A DNA stretch of 64,000 bases from Basidiobolus meristosporus CBS 931.73 (GCA_002104905.1 MCFE01000049.1:1-64000), one strand, 5' to 3'. Positions 24,658 through 40,564 are shown, numbered from the stretch's first letter. Numbers and translations are program-made. The notes: generated by a model from the sequence alone, not told the origin.

Positions 24658-26368
24658 ATGGACAGATTATTCTCGGCTAGTGATGCAGAACTTACAAAGT
24701 CACCTTTCTCACGCGAGATGCTCCGGAACATATTCACGTTTTGTCTGGACGATCTGAATTCCTTAATCAACTGTTGCCTGGTCAGTCGGCGTTGGTATTC
24801 AATCGCCATGCCCATTCTCTGGAGGGAGCCAAGGTTTTGTAAGAGGGTTCAGTTTAATAGCTTCAAAGACATAGTGTCCAGTAATCCTCATGGTATGTTC
24901 GCAACTGGCTAACTTAGTCACTCGTATTTAGCTTGCCGAGATTTACCTAAACACCGATTTTATATCTTCTGTAGTCGCCAATCTGGTATTGAACTTGGAT
25001 TGCCATAAGTATAGAAGAGAGATCATTTTGTATCTTCAGAAGCTTGTTCAGTATTTCCCCAATCTCCAATCCGCGACTTTCCCGTGTTACGTACCATTAT
25101 CACAGCTTAGCTCTGCCGCTGGATCGCTTCCACACTTGACGAAACTCACCGATGTTCAGTATGTCGACATAAATCCCACCGATGACGGGGTTGCTTTTCT
25201 TTCCACGATATTTCACAACTGCCAAAAATTAAGAAGCTTGAGCCTAAAGATGTATGGAGTATCTAGCGTGGCAATTCCAATTGCTTTTCCGACGTCTGAA
25301 TCTCTTACCTCTATTGAGCTCCTAGGCGACGAATTTAATGATAGTTTTCTACGGGCATTTCTCCAACGCCTCCCAAACCTGACACACTTTGAGCTTTGTG
25401 CGAACGACATTCCAAGAAACTTGATATCAATATTGAGTGCACACTGCAGCAAAGTAAACAAACTAAAGTTTGAATTCACCGGGATCTACAGCGATATCAC
25501 AGTTCATCGAATGATAAAGCAAATGGTGCAGAAATTCGGAGGCAAACTCAAGAAGCTGGGCATCTTCTTCAGCTCCGAGGCGCGCGTTACCATTCCCGAC
25601 GACCTGCTGATAAAGATGTGGCGATCCTTTCCATTGCTAGAGCATTTTGGGTTTTCGCATATCCAATTCAACAACTCACTTCTGAGCTCTTTCGCGAAGT
25701 TTCCCAAACCGCATCTGCAGTCCCTTGAGTTGAACTACATATCTAGACAGAATTCGTTTACGCTGGATGCCTGGGAACACTTTCTCAGCAAGTGCGGGGC
25801 CAACCTTACCTCCCTATCCATTTCGTTCAGCGTTCTACCCGAAGATCTGGGGACGGTCATCGGAAAGTACTGCACTAAGCTGCAAGAGGTTTCGCTCTCG
25901 TTCACCAACGTCACTGATAGTACTGTTCTTCCGATATCGCAAGGATGCCGCAGCCTGCGGAAATTTGATCTTAATACCACCAATATTACATCCTCATCCA
26001 TAGAGCATCTGTGCAAACACTGCACGCATTTGGAAGTGATTGTTCTCGATCGCCAAGACAATACACTATGCCCCCTTGAGCTTGCACCCTTCATCGATTT
26101 CTTCGAGTCAAGAGGAGGGCAAGTCAAACAATTCTGTGTGGCGGGGTGGGCTATGAGCCATGAGTTGTTGAAAGCAATAGCAAAGAACGGAACCCACTTA
26201 AGGGAGTTCCGCTTTACCAACGGAGAGCATCTATCGGACTCCTCGCTGAAGGAAGTGATGGATAGTTGTGTGAAACTCCGGCGGCTACAGATTATCGGCA
26301 ACCCCGACGACCTGGGCATTTCAAAGGAGCTATTAAAAATGAATGACCAATCCTACTGCTGTAACTGA
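24658..26368 (+). CDS. F-box / RNI-like leucine-rich repeat protein (one intron)
   Basis: EMLRNIFTFCL...CCLVSRRWYSIAMPILW F-box-like motif; L..L.L repeats through exon 2. Confidence 0.85.
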
Positions 26369-26928
26369 ATGCCCCTGCCAGCCACACGCCGACTTTCGCC
26401 GTCCCTTAACTAGGCTCTTTATCCGCCCATCGGCTGGACATAGCATGATGAATGAAGGAATCGCATCAATCGACGTTTGCACTTTGTAACTAGAAATCAA
26501 TATTGCTTCCTTGAAAGAATTGAACTGCTTCTTGCCAATAATATCTGCTAGGATGTGCCATGTAGCCTTCTGTCTCTTTGTTATTTTCGTTACCCTTGCA
26601 TTCGACGCGGGTCCTATATTGCACCAAACGGCAGTATGGCCCCTACCACGGAGGCGGCCAATGTATTACGAGCCCTTGTGTACGGATCTGCCCCAAGCCG
26701 AAACGAATGGTGGGGGATTAGAAATTAACAAGTAAAAAGCAGCGTATAGATCTATCACGCATATGAATGCTGGTTTATTTATCAAATTGAAATTTGTCAT
26801 GCAAAAATGATTGAACTGAGAAAGTAGATACATTGATCATTTTCTGAAGCTATGTGTTTGATTGGAATGTAGAGACGTACGGATCTCTGTCAAGAACTGG
26901 GCCATGTTTAGCCATGACATGAAGAACT

Positions 26929-27456
26929 CTAAATTTGGTGTGGACGGTTGTGGAAAGGAGACCAGATACCACGAACAGAAGGAGTATCGGAAATAACTCT
27001 CTTCTTAAACAGTCCCACCTTCTGCCCACTGGTATCACGGAGTAGTTGCACCTGCTCCATGACACCCTTGCGGTCAAAATTCCTCACGCAGATCACCTTA
27101 CTTTTACCGTTCACTATTGCCAAGGTTAGTCTGGAGTGCAGTAGAGACTTGAAGCGAATCCAACTTACTATAAAAGCCGCGAATGCAGGGATGCTTTGCT
27201 GGTCTGGGTTGAACGACAACCTCAATTTGAGGGTTCTTCTTGGCAAACTCAATGATATCATTCTTGAAGAAATCACTGAAGAAATTCGGTCAATAAACTA
27301 CAGCAATGGTCTCATTTGTAGCTCACTCCAAAGCACTTACATGACACCTCGGCTACTTCCACCGCGCTCACAGTAGTGGAAAACTAGCTTGCGGCATTGG
27401 AATATGAAGGCACCTACACCGTTCTTGTGAATAGCTGGTCGGACTACGGAAGTCAT
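26929..27456 (-). CDS. MRPL51: Mitochondrial ribosomal protein mL43 (three exons)
   Basis: Spliced NGVGAFIFQCRKLVFHYCERGGSSRG, HPCIRGFY, NGKSKVICVRN, SVRGIWSPFH match the remembered yeast Mrpl51 motifs. Confidence 0.92.
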
Positions 27457-27855
27457 GTTGTATAGTCTTTAATTCCCGGGTAACAAAGGAGGCTGGGCAC
27501 TAGTTGTTTTACCACTTTACTACAAGGAGAGAATCCCACGAGAAAGCTCAACCGGAACCAGCGTGAATTAATTCAGCTTGAGAAATCATAAAATTTGCAT
27601 CTGAAGCAAACTCTTCTCGAATTCAAATGGACCAATGATGCTAAGTGATTCCTGGCTACTCTCGGATCCAATTGACATAGGATTTGGAAGGTTTGTGGTT
27701 TAATTACGTATATCGCCAGATGGATTAATCAATTTTTCAGGATGCGGATGGTGTATCTTGCTGATTACGTCGTCAGCTCTGCTGCGTTGATTTTGTGAAT
27801 ACAATAAAAAGATATTCTCTCATGAATTGTCGCTAGATATACTTTCACTTACATC

Positions 27856-29683
<1,828 letters not shown>

Positions 29684-30139
29684 TTAAGCTTACTCGTTCA
29701 CTTCTTGAATATCTTTATACACTTTCGATTGATCTAATGCCAATTAGATGTTTTATTTAATTCCAAATCAAATAAAATAGCCTTTAAATATGGTTTTTTT
29801 CCTGACAACATTCCGCTTGTTGACGGCGGAAAGGCCAGTAAACAAGCGCAAAAGCTTGCGAGATATTTCTCAGATTGGCCATTGTCGAGGTAGCTTCGTA
29901 TCCTATTCATCAGATCACTCTGAATACGCTGGATCGGGGGACGAATCAGATCCATCGAACCCTATTCGTATGTTGATTGTTTTTAACAAAAAACATGTCC
30001 AAGCGAATACATACCCATCTCCGAATGCGACCCTTCCCACCCCATCACTCCAAAGTGCACCTGGTGCGACTCAAAAACAACGAACTTGGAGAAGCTACCA
30101 TTCCCGAACGCTTAGCCTCATTACCCGTTAAAAGAAGAT

Positions 30140-30367
30140 ATGCTTAGACGTCCACCGACCCTGCTTACCCTGAAAGATAATGATGTTCAATTCGTGAGCA
30201 TCTACAAGCAGGCATACCAAGAAAAAGTGAATCCACTGGAATTGCTTCGTAAGAAGATGGAAGAGGCTAAGAAACAAGAGGAAACTTCGATATCTCCTCT
30301 TTCCAGCCACGAGGAACTTGCGGTGAAACGCAGGGAGATGACAACTGCTCAACGAATCGGTCTCTAA
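30140..30367 (+). CDS. CDC26: Anaphase-promoting complex subunit Cdc26-like microprotein
   Basis: N-terminal MLRRPPTLLTLKDNDV fits the Cdc26 MLRRxPTxxxL motif; 75 aa, charged tail. Confidence 0.7.
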   Translation: MLRRPPTLLTLKDNDVQFVSIYKQAYQEKVNPLELLRKKMEEAKKQEETSISPLSSHEELAVKRREMTTAQRIGL

Positions 30368-30772
30368 GCGGAGAGTCAAAGGTAGCTCTGGTGCCACTAG
30401 ACTGCGCATGTATTATAATCTTGAATCAGGCTGACTGCTTTAAAGTCAATCCCATCGCATATAGCTAATAAATCATGAAATGTAACCGTGCTTGCAGAGA
30501 TGGGTTTACGGGTGCAGATAGAGAACGATGAGTTTATAGATGAATTTTATTGTGCAGGATGCTATAAGACTGGTTTCAAAACAACACTCCGTGAAGTTCT
30601 CTCGTAGAACTTTCATCGAATAAATGAAGGGATAGCCCTGGGACAGAGTCACTCCCGGAAAATCGAGTTATTAGGTGAAGGCGTGTGGAAAGAGCAGGAC
30701 AGCACGCGTTGTTTCTACATCCAGTTCAATTAACACTACGGAATCCAAGCTCTATTTCAGTGGAAACAAAGC

Positions 30773-31107
30773 TTAGAGCTCAGCGACAGTTAGGCTGGGA
30801 GGGAGAGATTGCTTAAGCTTCTCAGCCTTGTCAAGATCGGCAACAACCAAGGTGTAAAGGTACTTGGAGCATCTGATCTTGAACTTCACTTCAGCCCCAT
30901 TCTTCTTGATGCGAGCAGACTTGGCGTCCTTACGACGAGCAATCTCGAGGAAGTTCTTGATATCCTGAACTTGCTTGGGCTAGAAATGAGTGGTTAGTAA
31001 GTGTTGCTACATCCAAACATATGCCGGGCCATTGAAAATCGGGACTCATTCCTTGCTGTATCTACCAAGTTCAAGTGAATTCATCCATCAACCAAAGTAC
31101 TCACCAT
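30773..31107 (-). CDS. RPL38: 60S ribosomal protein eL38 (ATG-only first exon; intron 30980-31104)
   Basis: [27 protein letters not shown]...[15 protein letters not shown]...KLKQSLPP. Confidence 0.97.
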
Positions 31108-32717
31108 ATTGAGAAACGATCACTGGCACTGGGCGGATGATGGGAGAGAAGGTTCACTCGCAAATTCTCCTGATCACTTATTGCTCGGTCAACTCCGAGT
31201 AACCGATTTTGGGGAGGGTGTCTCGGACCCTTAAATCCGAAATCCCATTATCCTTCATTTTGAATTGCATGCATGCATCATTCGCCTAAAGCGTCAATTG
31301 GTGTCTGTTGAGATTCCCACTACTCTATACCTTGAGGGGCAGGATTTAATGATTGATAGAGTGAAACTGTTTTGGTGAGGTGGAGAATACCGATCCTTAC
31401 AGAATTGATGAATGTATCCTTACTGAGGCCATGGCCTCAGCCTAAGGACATTTGCTGCATTGAACACTGAATTACGAAATCCGCCAACAAGCATCTTTAT
31501 AGATCCAACCCATCTACTTGCCATAAAGCTTATTTAGAGCCATCTTCACAGTGGTATGAAGGGGATCCGGCAGGATGGAATACTCTATGCCACTTCATCT
31601 CACAAGACTGCCAAGTTGCCGCGCGGAGCAACAGATCGAGGCGGGGTTTGCTGAGGAAGAACTTGACGAAGCCAAGGCTTAGTAGTTATTCACACGGTAT
31701 CATCTGGAATAAGGAGGAGCAACGTATGGTTAACTCACAGAGAGCTGATGTCTTCCGATTCGAACCCCCCCCCCCCCACTAGCATCGGATTAGAGTGTGG
31801 TTAATCTGACCTAGGTGCTGGTGGCTGTGTTTGGTCATATTTAGCTAATAGAATAATTTATCCTGTAAGGTACAACGATTGCCTGATGGCTCAATCACAA
31901 TAGAAGCCCCATTATGATGCTTTTAATCAGCACTTCAATTTGCCTGTTTATATTGTCTCCCTGCCCCACAGCTTATAATCCTTTTTCGGGTCAAATGTAT
32001 TCATTATTTATTTACCAAGTCCAATCAATGCTACCCAAAGAGTATCACTGTTTAATTGGCTCCGAGTGACTATTGATTATAATGACTCTCTCGTCACGTG
32101 AGACACTCCTGTGGTGGCATCCCTTCGGACTAGCGAATACCTACCAATTCTAGAAAGATGCTAGTCATATCTGCTCTGCAAGGATGGCCATTTGCTCTTT
32201 TACGTAATCATCATCTATACTTATATAGAAACGGTGACAAGGAAGAATCACGGTACCATATGCCATTGATGCAGAATTGAGCGGCCGGTGTCTGGTTCAA
32301 AGCACAAGCAACAATTGCACACTTCAATCGGTGATTCCTATTGCGTTCTCTTCATCAGATGTTTATTTGAAATCCATTAGAAACAGTGGCGATGTTGGCT
32401 GTCAAGAAAGCAGTCGGATGATTGTTCATAAATGTTTGGAAAATCAACATTTGAACAGCAATGACTGAGAAAACATCTACCATTACTCCTCCGCGACAAT
32501 CATTTCTAGTATTAGAAACCTCAAGCGTGAGCTCGCTGTTGTTGCTTGAGTGGCGACGCTGGATAGACACACTATAAAGAATACGATGGGTGCAGGTTCC
32601 CAGAACACACTGTAGAATAATATGGAGATACGGTGAAGGGAAATAATTAAGTGGTAGTTTTCAGTAGCTGAAGAATAAGTCGATACTTGTTAGGGAAAAA
32701 TACATATGGAGTAGAAG

Positions 32718-34038
32718 TTAAAAATTTTGGAACAAGTGGGCGTAGGGGTCCTCTGAACTACTGGTGTCAATAGGCTCCTCAGGGTACCGGTCAAAGTTCG
32801 AGGTGTCTCCCGGATGGCGGAACAATGGTACGATAGGTGCCTACGGCGTGGTGTGTTGGATTAGCATTCACAAATCAACGATGCATGCTGGGCACTTACT
32901 GGGATTTTGCGGTCGTGGACGGTTTGCCAGTCAATTCCACGGAACCACTTGTGGTTTTTCACGTCCTCGGAGGCACCCTTGAGGTTTCCAAGGCGTTTGG
33001 TTCGATCGTTTGTCAATAGTTTCTTGATGAGGTCTCTTGCAGCTGGATCGAAATGGGATGGAAACATGATGCGGCCATCCAGGATTTTCTCGTAAATACC
33101 AAATGGGTTGTCGTCAAAGAAAGGTGGGTAGCTATGGGTGGGATGATGTTAGCCGAATTCCTGCAAGTAATCAATTAGCAGTATTCAACGTACCCTGCTA
33201 GCATCTCGAAAATAAGAATCCCAAGAGCCCACCAGTCGACTGCCTTGCCGTGGCCTTTACTTTGAATAATCTCAGGAGCAAGGTATTCCGGCGTTCCACA
33301 CAATGTCCAAGTTCTATCCTCAACAATTTTGGCGAATCCAAAATCTGTTATCTTGATGTGACCTCGCTCGTTAAGCAGTAGATTCTCCGGTTTAAGATCT
33401 CGATAAATGATGTCCTTCGAGTGTAAATACTCAATAGCGAGGACTATTTCTGCTGCATAGAACCGAGTCATGTCGTTTGTAAAGCGACCAGCTCGTCTCA
33501 GGTGCGAGAATACCTCACCGCCAATTACATATTCAAGGAGCATATATAAATTATGGTCGTCCTGAAATGCACAGAACCTGGAGACATGCGTGAGTGTGGG
33601 AATACTTAAGCTATCGACAAGTAAACTTACAGATTAACGACAAAGGGGAAGTCAATCAGGGTAAGGATTTGCTTCTCCGAGTTAATGTGCTCGACTTGCT
33701 TTAAACGCACCACCACCTCTTTCTTCAATACTTTCATGGCATAATAATTATCGGTGCCCTTATGACGCGCTAGGTACACTCTTCCAAACGTACCAGTGCC
33801 TACAAGAAGTTGACATTAAAGAGCACTGATATTAGTGCAAAGAAAGGGCAGTAGTGTCAAGGGGATAATAAATACCTAGGGTCTTCTCTAACTCGAAGTC
33901 AGCGAGAGTAAAACTGGCCTTGGTTTCCTCTTTCACCTCACGTTCAGCCTTTGCTTCCATCTTGCCGTCACTTTTATTGAGTATCGGTGTAGCATCGTGA
34001 TCGAGGGTAGAAATAGGAGCAGTCATTGCCGTGGCCAT
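32718..34038 (-). CDS. cAMP-dependent protein kinase catalytic subunit (five exons)
   Basis: [50 protein letters not shown], ends FQNF. Confidence 0.95.
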
Positions 34039-37000
34039 GTATAAATCCAACAAGGTTTACGCAATGTAAGAGGATTGATATGGTGCGTTCGACGAAGTGG
34101 TAAAGAAGAGTGGTAGTAAGGTGTAACGGTTTTTTCCTTTTTACAAGATGGCGTTTGAGAACAAGAGAGTGTCCAAGAGTAGAAGGTGTAGGGATAACCA
34201 AAAGCAAAATCCTGAAAAATACCTAATTTAAGCCTTTAACCATATATTACCAGAAGTAATATACACAATTCGATTATTTCCTATTTGGCAACTTCAAATG
34301 GCAGCTCGATTTCCATATTACCTTAAATTTTTTGAACACGTAGACTCATAATCAAGGCGAAACTAATACAGATGCCTGGGGAAAAATTTACCTCCTGTTC
34401 TCACAAATCTATTTGGATGTCTTAGTTTGTCCCAACGTAACTTGGCATGACTCCCCTTAAACAATTGAACTTCGTAGCCGAATCTGCGTTTAATAGTGAT
34501 CAAGCCTTTTTGCATGAGGGATTTTATCCGGGTTGATGGAATATGACGGGAATCCTGAAGCAGTCCTATGCAAAACCGATAATACAAAGCTAAGGGAAGT
34601 ATAGGTCGGCCTGTTCACAGGCTTGAATGAGTAGTGCGGACATGCTGATGACTGCGCGCCGCTTGATGCCTACAATGCCACGTGCTGTCATGTTCCCTTA
34701 ATAATACCGTGACCCTCCTTCCTATCACGTTCGACAATGTTGTTTGGAGAACGCACCAGATGAGCGTCACACGAACCAACGGACACTAGGGTTGCCAACA
34801 AATATCATGGCTCGGCCATCAAGGAATCGGCCAGGTTTCTTCTTAGCGTGAGAGCTCGGGATGGTCACGGCGGTTACGACCAGTATTCATACTTTTTCGC
34901 GGGTGTACGAGCCGGCGTTTCTGCAACCGAAAACAGATAGCCGCGGTGCCTGATGTAAGCAGATTAATTGGATTTCCAACCTAGTCCAAATACCCCATTT
35001 TTCCTGTGTTGGCCGGATACAGTAATTGGGCCCCTTGGATGGCCTATGGGCATGACGAATAAATAATGTGATTCATTCTCCTTACTCTCACTTTCAGATG
35101 TCTTCCACACATCGTCGGTTTGAATGCAGCATCGACTCACCCTCGAAACTCTGAGTGATATCCTTCAGCACGGATAAGACTGCATCGACACCTAGCTAAG
35201 ATTGAGGCAACCTTATCAGGTGTTGCTGCTCAACGTATAATACAACTATGGGGGTTGCTGACGATCTTGTCGGATTGGTGTTCAACTCCCTGTTTGCTCG
35301 ATCTGCATATGATGACTGCTTCCTTAGTGTGTCCTGAGTTGCACCATATGTGTAAGAACCTCCTCATTTCGTTTCACTACCAGCATGCGATCAAAAAGCT
35401 GTAATCGATTCAGTGAGATTCAACGGATGCTTCCACGATGGGCCTAGCTTGTGCACACGACTTCGTACCGTTGATTACAGGTCAATTCTACAGAGCACCT
35501 GTACAGGCAGCGGGGGAATTTTGGCTCCATTCTGGCCTTCAGCAAGCCACTAGCATCGCTCGTTCTTGGAATCCTTATGCCAGGGTACATACAGTTGTAA
35601 ACTTGAGTTGGTAATCACCCAATTAGTAGGGCATATGAGTCGTCTCGTCTCTCAGTAATTTCAACTTGATCCAGTGAGAGTTTGAAACCTAATTCTCTGG
35701 ATAAATCGACTTGACACATGCACTCCTCTTATAATGACGGCACAAGCACAACTCGATTCATGTGTGTAGATGAGTGCAAGATTTATTAAAATAACTCTTG
35801 ATCTTGACGTGGCTCACAATGTCCAGGATCATCCTTCACATAGGTTACGGTTAGCTGCGCTCCATCATGTGTTATGAGGCCCATCAAGACTTGACATAGA
35901 TATGGCGTTGACTTCTACTCTGCTCCTACTACCATAAGTGATCTAATTTTATCAAATTTTGATGAAATTCCAAATACGACCAAATCTCGATCGATTCATT
36001 TATTCTGAAATACAATCAACCAAAAGCTGGAACTCCACTTTTAAGCTCCAGGAGATATTTCTAAAAAGAGCCACGCATGCAATGCTGAAGAAGCCGGTCC
36101 TCAACGTCCAGATCCATGAATGAATAGATGACGAAACATCTTATAGCATGTGTAAATGTGGGTTTGAACAAAGGATGGCAAATCGAGGTGGGTCGAACAA
36201 TGTTTACCCGTGGAGCGATACAGGTCTGTCCAGCAGAATCAATGCTCGCAGGGGAAAAGTGCTAAGAAAGCCATACTTCGAGGAGTCGGTGAATCTGAGA
36301 ATCTCCGCTTTGGACCGTAAATCCAACACTGGGATAGGCGCGTCATTTTTCGGCGTGGTAAACTGCTCAATCAATTTCGGAATGACCATTGTGCGATGAA
36401 ATAGATGAAGTAGCCTTTGGTGGGTGCGAGTCGGATGTAGGCTTCAGCGTATACGTATGCTACCTGGAAGAATATTTGGACAGCATACGAAGGAGACGCC
36501 ACCCTTTTATGTGTCCAGATTACCTGCCCTCATGTACCCACACAGTGCTAGGTATTGTATGAAATACGGCAGGTAAAACCACAGGTGCAGAACAGATGTG
36601 TAGTATTTCTCAATTGCGATTGTTTTATGCATACCCTTCGGGAGTATTCTATCTACTACAGTCATGTTTGAGTCAGGTCGAAAACGCTACTCTGCTAACA
36701 ATCAATTGAGTGAGAGTTTACATGTTGATATAGTATGTTTGATCGCACCTTAAACAAAACTGGGTGTTCTTGGGAAGTTACAATGCTAGCCAATGTCAAT
36801 TACGCACAACAGGTGACCAATGACGATCTCTGGTCGACATTTCCTTGCGATTTGTGGAAATGGCTGATGGTCAGTTTACTCTCAATTTAGTTCGAATATA
36901 CAGCAGCGTGAGGTGTAGCTTTCCTTCCGAACCCTTACCTAAATAGTCACAATACTAATCTCTGAAATCTTTAGATTGGGTAGTACATGACCATCAGTTT

Positions 37001-37740
37001 GACAAATATGAGTTCTACTAGAGTTGGCCTTGGTGCAAAGACACCATCACAATCTATTTCAGGCGGTGGTGCTTGTGGTGGGTTCTACAACGGAAAGGTG
37101 TGTAGGTGGATTGTGTTACAGTTGTGACACTATGCCTCATGAGACATTGATAGGATCCGGATGTTCGGAAACAGGTATAAGTCTTGCAGAAGAGCCCATT
37201 AATCAATGGTCTTGGCTGGTTAAAAGCTTTGTCATCCTCAAGGATCACTTGTGATATCAGCGTCTTGATACACAGTAGTGATATATTTGGTCATTTGTTC
37301 ATCCTGCTCCCATTTGCAGAGAGCTGCTCTTCCAGCTCGCGACTTTAAGCTTAGTCAACATACGATCACTGTTGTGGATGACTCGTAAAACTAATATATT
37401 TATAGACGTGACAAGATTCAGATCCGGCACAGTTAATCACCATCAACTTGGGTAGTGGCAGGAATTAGGCCAATTATGAGCTGACCACTATGTAGATGGT
37501 TCAATATTGGATGGATTTGATCACACCAAACAAGTCCCGTCCATTATTTATTGGTATTATTTCAGATTAACTCTTATACGACCCAAATTTGGCAGCATCC
37601 ATGATATCCACAAAAGCTAAATCGCTATTTATTGAAAGGGCATCCCAACGTGCTCTGGACTTTGAGATCAGTTCAAGCTCTTTTTGCAACACCGTTCTAA
37701 CGTTGGGCGTATCCTTCGGGCCTGTAGTAACTTCTTATTG

Positions 37741-38382
37741 ATGAGGATGAGAGGGATTAACAAAAGCTTTTACTTTCCCCTCTTTTTCCTTTCTTTACAA
37801 GTGGTTGCTCTAATAATTGTAACAGTATATTACTATCGACTCCTACCCAACACAGTTCCCCTACTTTACGACCACGGTGGAAAGGGGTTTGCTATACGCC
37901 CAAAGTATCTGTTTTTTTCGCTCCAACTACTGGTGTTTCTGGTGGTATGCGTGGTCTTGCTACTGCTGGCTGGTTTGAGCCTCTCGGTATTACCTATGAA
38001 ATGCCTTCGACCGTTTGTTAACATCGAAGGCTGTGTGGAGCATGAGAGAACTTTTCGTGAGTTTGGGTGTAAGTTCATATTGTGGTCCTGTGTATTTACC
38101 GCGCAATTTCTCATTGAAACGTATCTTGTGAACTTTGAGGTATAGCTGGTTTTCACCTGACTGCCACAACTCATGCTAACACTAACCCCCCTCTCTCTGT
38201 AGATGGCTCGCCGAAATTCGTGCGAAATATTTTACTGGTTCTGGATAGCAGTGGGTTTTTTTGCGGTTGAGATGATAGGGCTAATATTCTATCGGTACTA
38301 TCGACATTATTGCTTCGACCAAAAACACAAGGCACAGCAGGTGTTACACTTGCCCAATTATATGGACACGAGTAAAAAGTAA
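37741..38382 (+). CDS. Multi-pass membrane protein, DUF1648-like (one intron)
   Basis: Hydrophobic helix, YYRLLPNTVPLLYDHGG loop, then three more hydrophobic segments; GT-AG intron ~38140-38202 joins in frame. Confidence 0.6.
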
Positions 38383-39082
38383 TTCTACGCGAAAAGCAAC
38401 TCTGTATGGGCTTGCCCAGTCAGTCAACCCATGTATATAGGTAATCGCTGTACAATGACGAACATCGACCTCTTCGGAACGATATTGGAAAAAAACGGTG
38501 TGATGTCTTCTGGTGGCCGTCATTGCTGAGGTAATGGTTTGAATATATAAATAAAAATGATTTCGAAAATGATGAGCCATTGGGCAAAGCCCAACAACTT
38601 CTTTGGTTATACGATAAAGATGGAAATGATGAAGCATACTAATTCACGTTTTGTGCATCACAATTTACTAAACCTGTCGAGCTATCAGTGTCACATTAAG
38701 GATCTTTATTAGGTTAGTTGCTGTGATTACGAATGGAATCAAACACGTTTATCCTTGATAAGGTGATGGTAAAAAGTCACTCAGATTTGGATTCTTAGAC
38801 TCGCGTATACCTCGTTCATCCAAAAGACACGGCTGGCTTACATTAAAATCCGACACAGGTTACATTGCTAGTGTGTCACCAGGTATTCAATGAGAGGTTG
38901 ATGGCTGTCTTTGCTTGATATATATGCACTATATTTACTAATCCCATTGTACCTCCTAGAGCATTTTAACAAGAACTCAAACTGAATCTAGCTTTATTGG
39001 ACAGTTTATTATTTGTGTAGATAGAGCCAAGAGGATTGGCTCCGCAATGTTCCTTGCAAGGTGACAGCGATAACATAAAACA

Positions 39083-39301
39083 TCAGCCCGAAGTCCCAGC
39101 TGGCCCGCCAAAAATACCCTTCACGATATTCTCAATCTTTCCTATAATCGTATTATCAGACGAATTTTGCTCGCTGGTGGCAGAAGTTGAGTTTCCTTGA
39201 GTAGTTGCAGAGGGAGAGGAGCCCATGACCGATGATGATTGCTTATCATTCCCTATACCATGGGCATGTTTTGATTCGTGGCGTCCTTCGTGTTGTTCCA
39301 T
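39083..39301 (-). CDS. Putative small hydrophilic protein (72 aa)
   Basis: MEQHEGRHESKHAHGIG...; Ser/Thr/Gly/His-rich with amphipathic IIGKIENIVKGIFGG end; start uncertain. Confidence 0.4.
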   Translation of the reverse strand: MEQHEGRHESKHAHGIGNDKQSSSVMGSSPSATTQGNSTSATSEQNSSDNTIIGKIENIVKGIFGGPAGTSG

Positions 39302-40564
39302 TAGAGACGGGTTAATAGTATGAGGAATATTCGACACCAATTCGGTGATTGTGGTAAATTTATAGTGTTCAGGAACACTCACTCAGCTTAATTCATGATC
39401 AATTTTTGCCAAACAGCTGACCTACAAAAGACGTCGAGTATTTTCCACCCTCTTTATTTGCTGTAAACTGGCCAACAACCGTGCTTCTTGTAAGGATGAC
39501 TCAGTAATTGGATACCCGTAACACCGATATCAAGGACTCCAACCTTCCGATCTTACCATTTGTTGTAGAGAAGTGACATCACCCTTCGCACAGGTATATG
39601 AGCTTCATAAATGGGTCGCTTCTGATGTTGACGTTCTATTTAACCTTAATTGTGCAGCCAATAATTATGTCTATCTCTGAATCATGGCCTGCCTGACATC
39701 TGATTTGTGAAAGTATTGTAATTACCTCCTACAATAGGATCAATGACTTGGACAAGGGATCCTGGGCTATCCAATGCAAGTTACCACATAGAAACTCCAT
39801 TACGGCATAAAGCGCAGGTGGTTAGGTGGTTCAACACACGCTCCACCTAATGCCTGATGATCCTGGTAGCTTGGCGGTTCGGTAGCACTCCTGGGTTGAC
39901 CATTATGATGTGTCTTAAATACCTGGGACGCCTAAACACGCATCATAATTATATCTATTGTTCCCCCTATCAGCATAGTCATTTAGCTAGCTTTGCGGAA
40001 CACACGATTCTTTGTAGAAGGAAGTTGGACGATAGATCACCCACAACAATCACGGTGAAGCACTGCCAGTTTGAATAGAAGTGTGTTTCGCATTAACGGT
40101 GCTCGACTACCGCTGTGAATTCGAAGATGCTGTAATAGCAGCACGTCCGAAATACAGCCAACTCTACTTCCATGGAAGCAGTGAAATTTGCCCTAGAGTG
40201 TAAACGGCAAGGCATATGCAACACCCTTCCCGGCTAGCCATCTGAGCTTGGCCACTCTTTCATCAGCAATCTATCAACTTGACTCGTGCTTTATCCTGCA
40301 ATTGAAACATACTGATCCTCACGATATTGTGATTTACTGATGCTGTGGGTCAACCAAATTCAAAAATAGCATTTTGATCCTAACAACAATTGGACGAGCA
40401 TGATCGGCTAGAGGTAGTGAAACGAGGGGCATGGTACCCTTTCCATGAGGGGTGGCAACGTCGTTCCACACACGCCGAGGAGTTAATCGCGGTATGCTAG
40501 CCATTTATGAAAGTTGTTAAGCAATTCACTGCAACATTATCAGCCAGTACATGTCGAATGAGGT

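Noticed and set aside
30980-31104. Longer RPL38 intron as a snoRNA host
   Set aside because: No convincing C/D (RTGATGA/CTGA) or H/ACA boxes.
31765-31777. C13 homopolymer preceded by GATTCGAA, superficially like a tRNA T-arm
   Set aside because: No cloverleaf can be folded; it is a simple homopolymer.
35050-35950. Coding-like fragments on the minus strand (RLQLFDRMLVVKR)
   Set aside because: Stops in all frames and no identifiable domain.
36190-36260. SAGQTCIAP resembling the aldehyde dehydrogenase NAGQTCIAPDY motif
   Set aside because: Flanking residues in that frame show no ALDH similarity; chance match.
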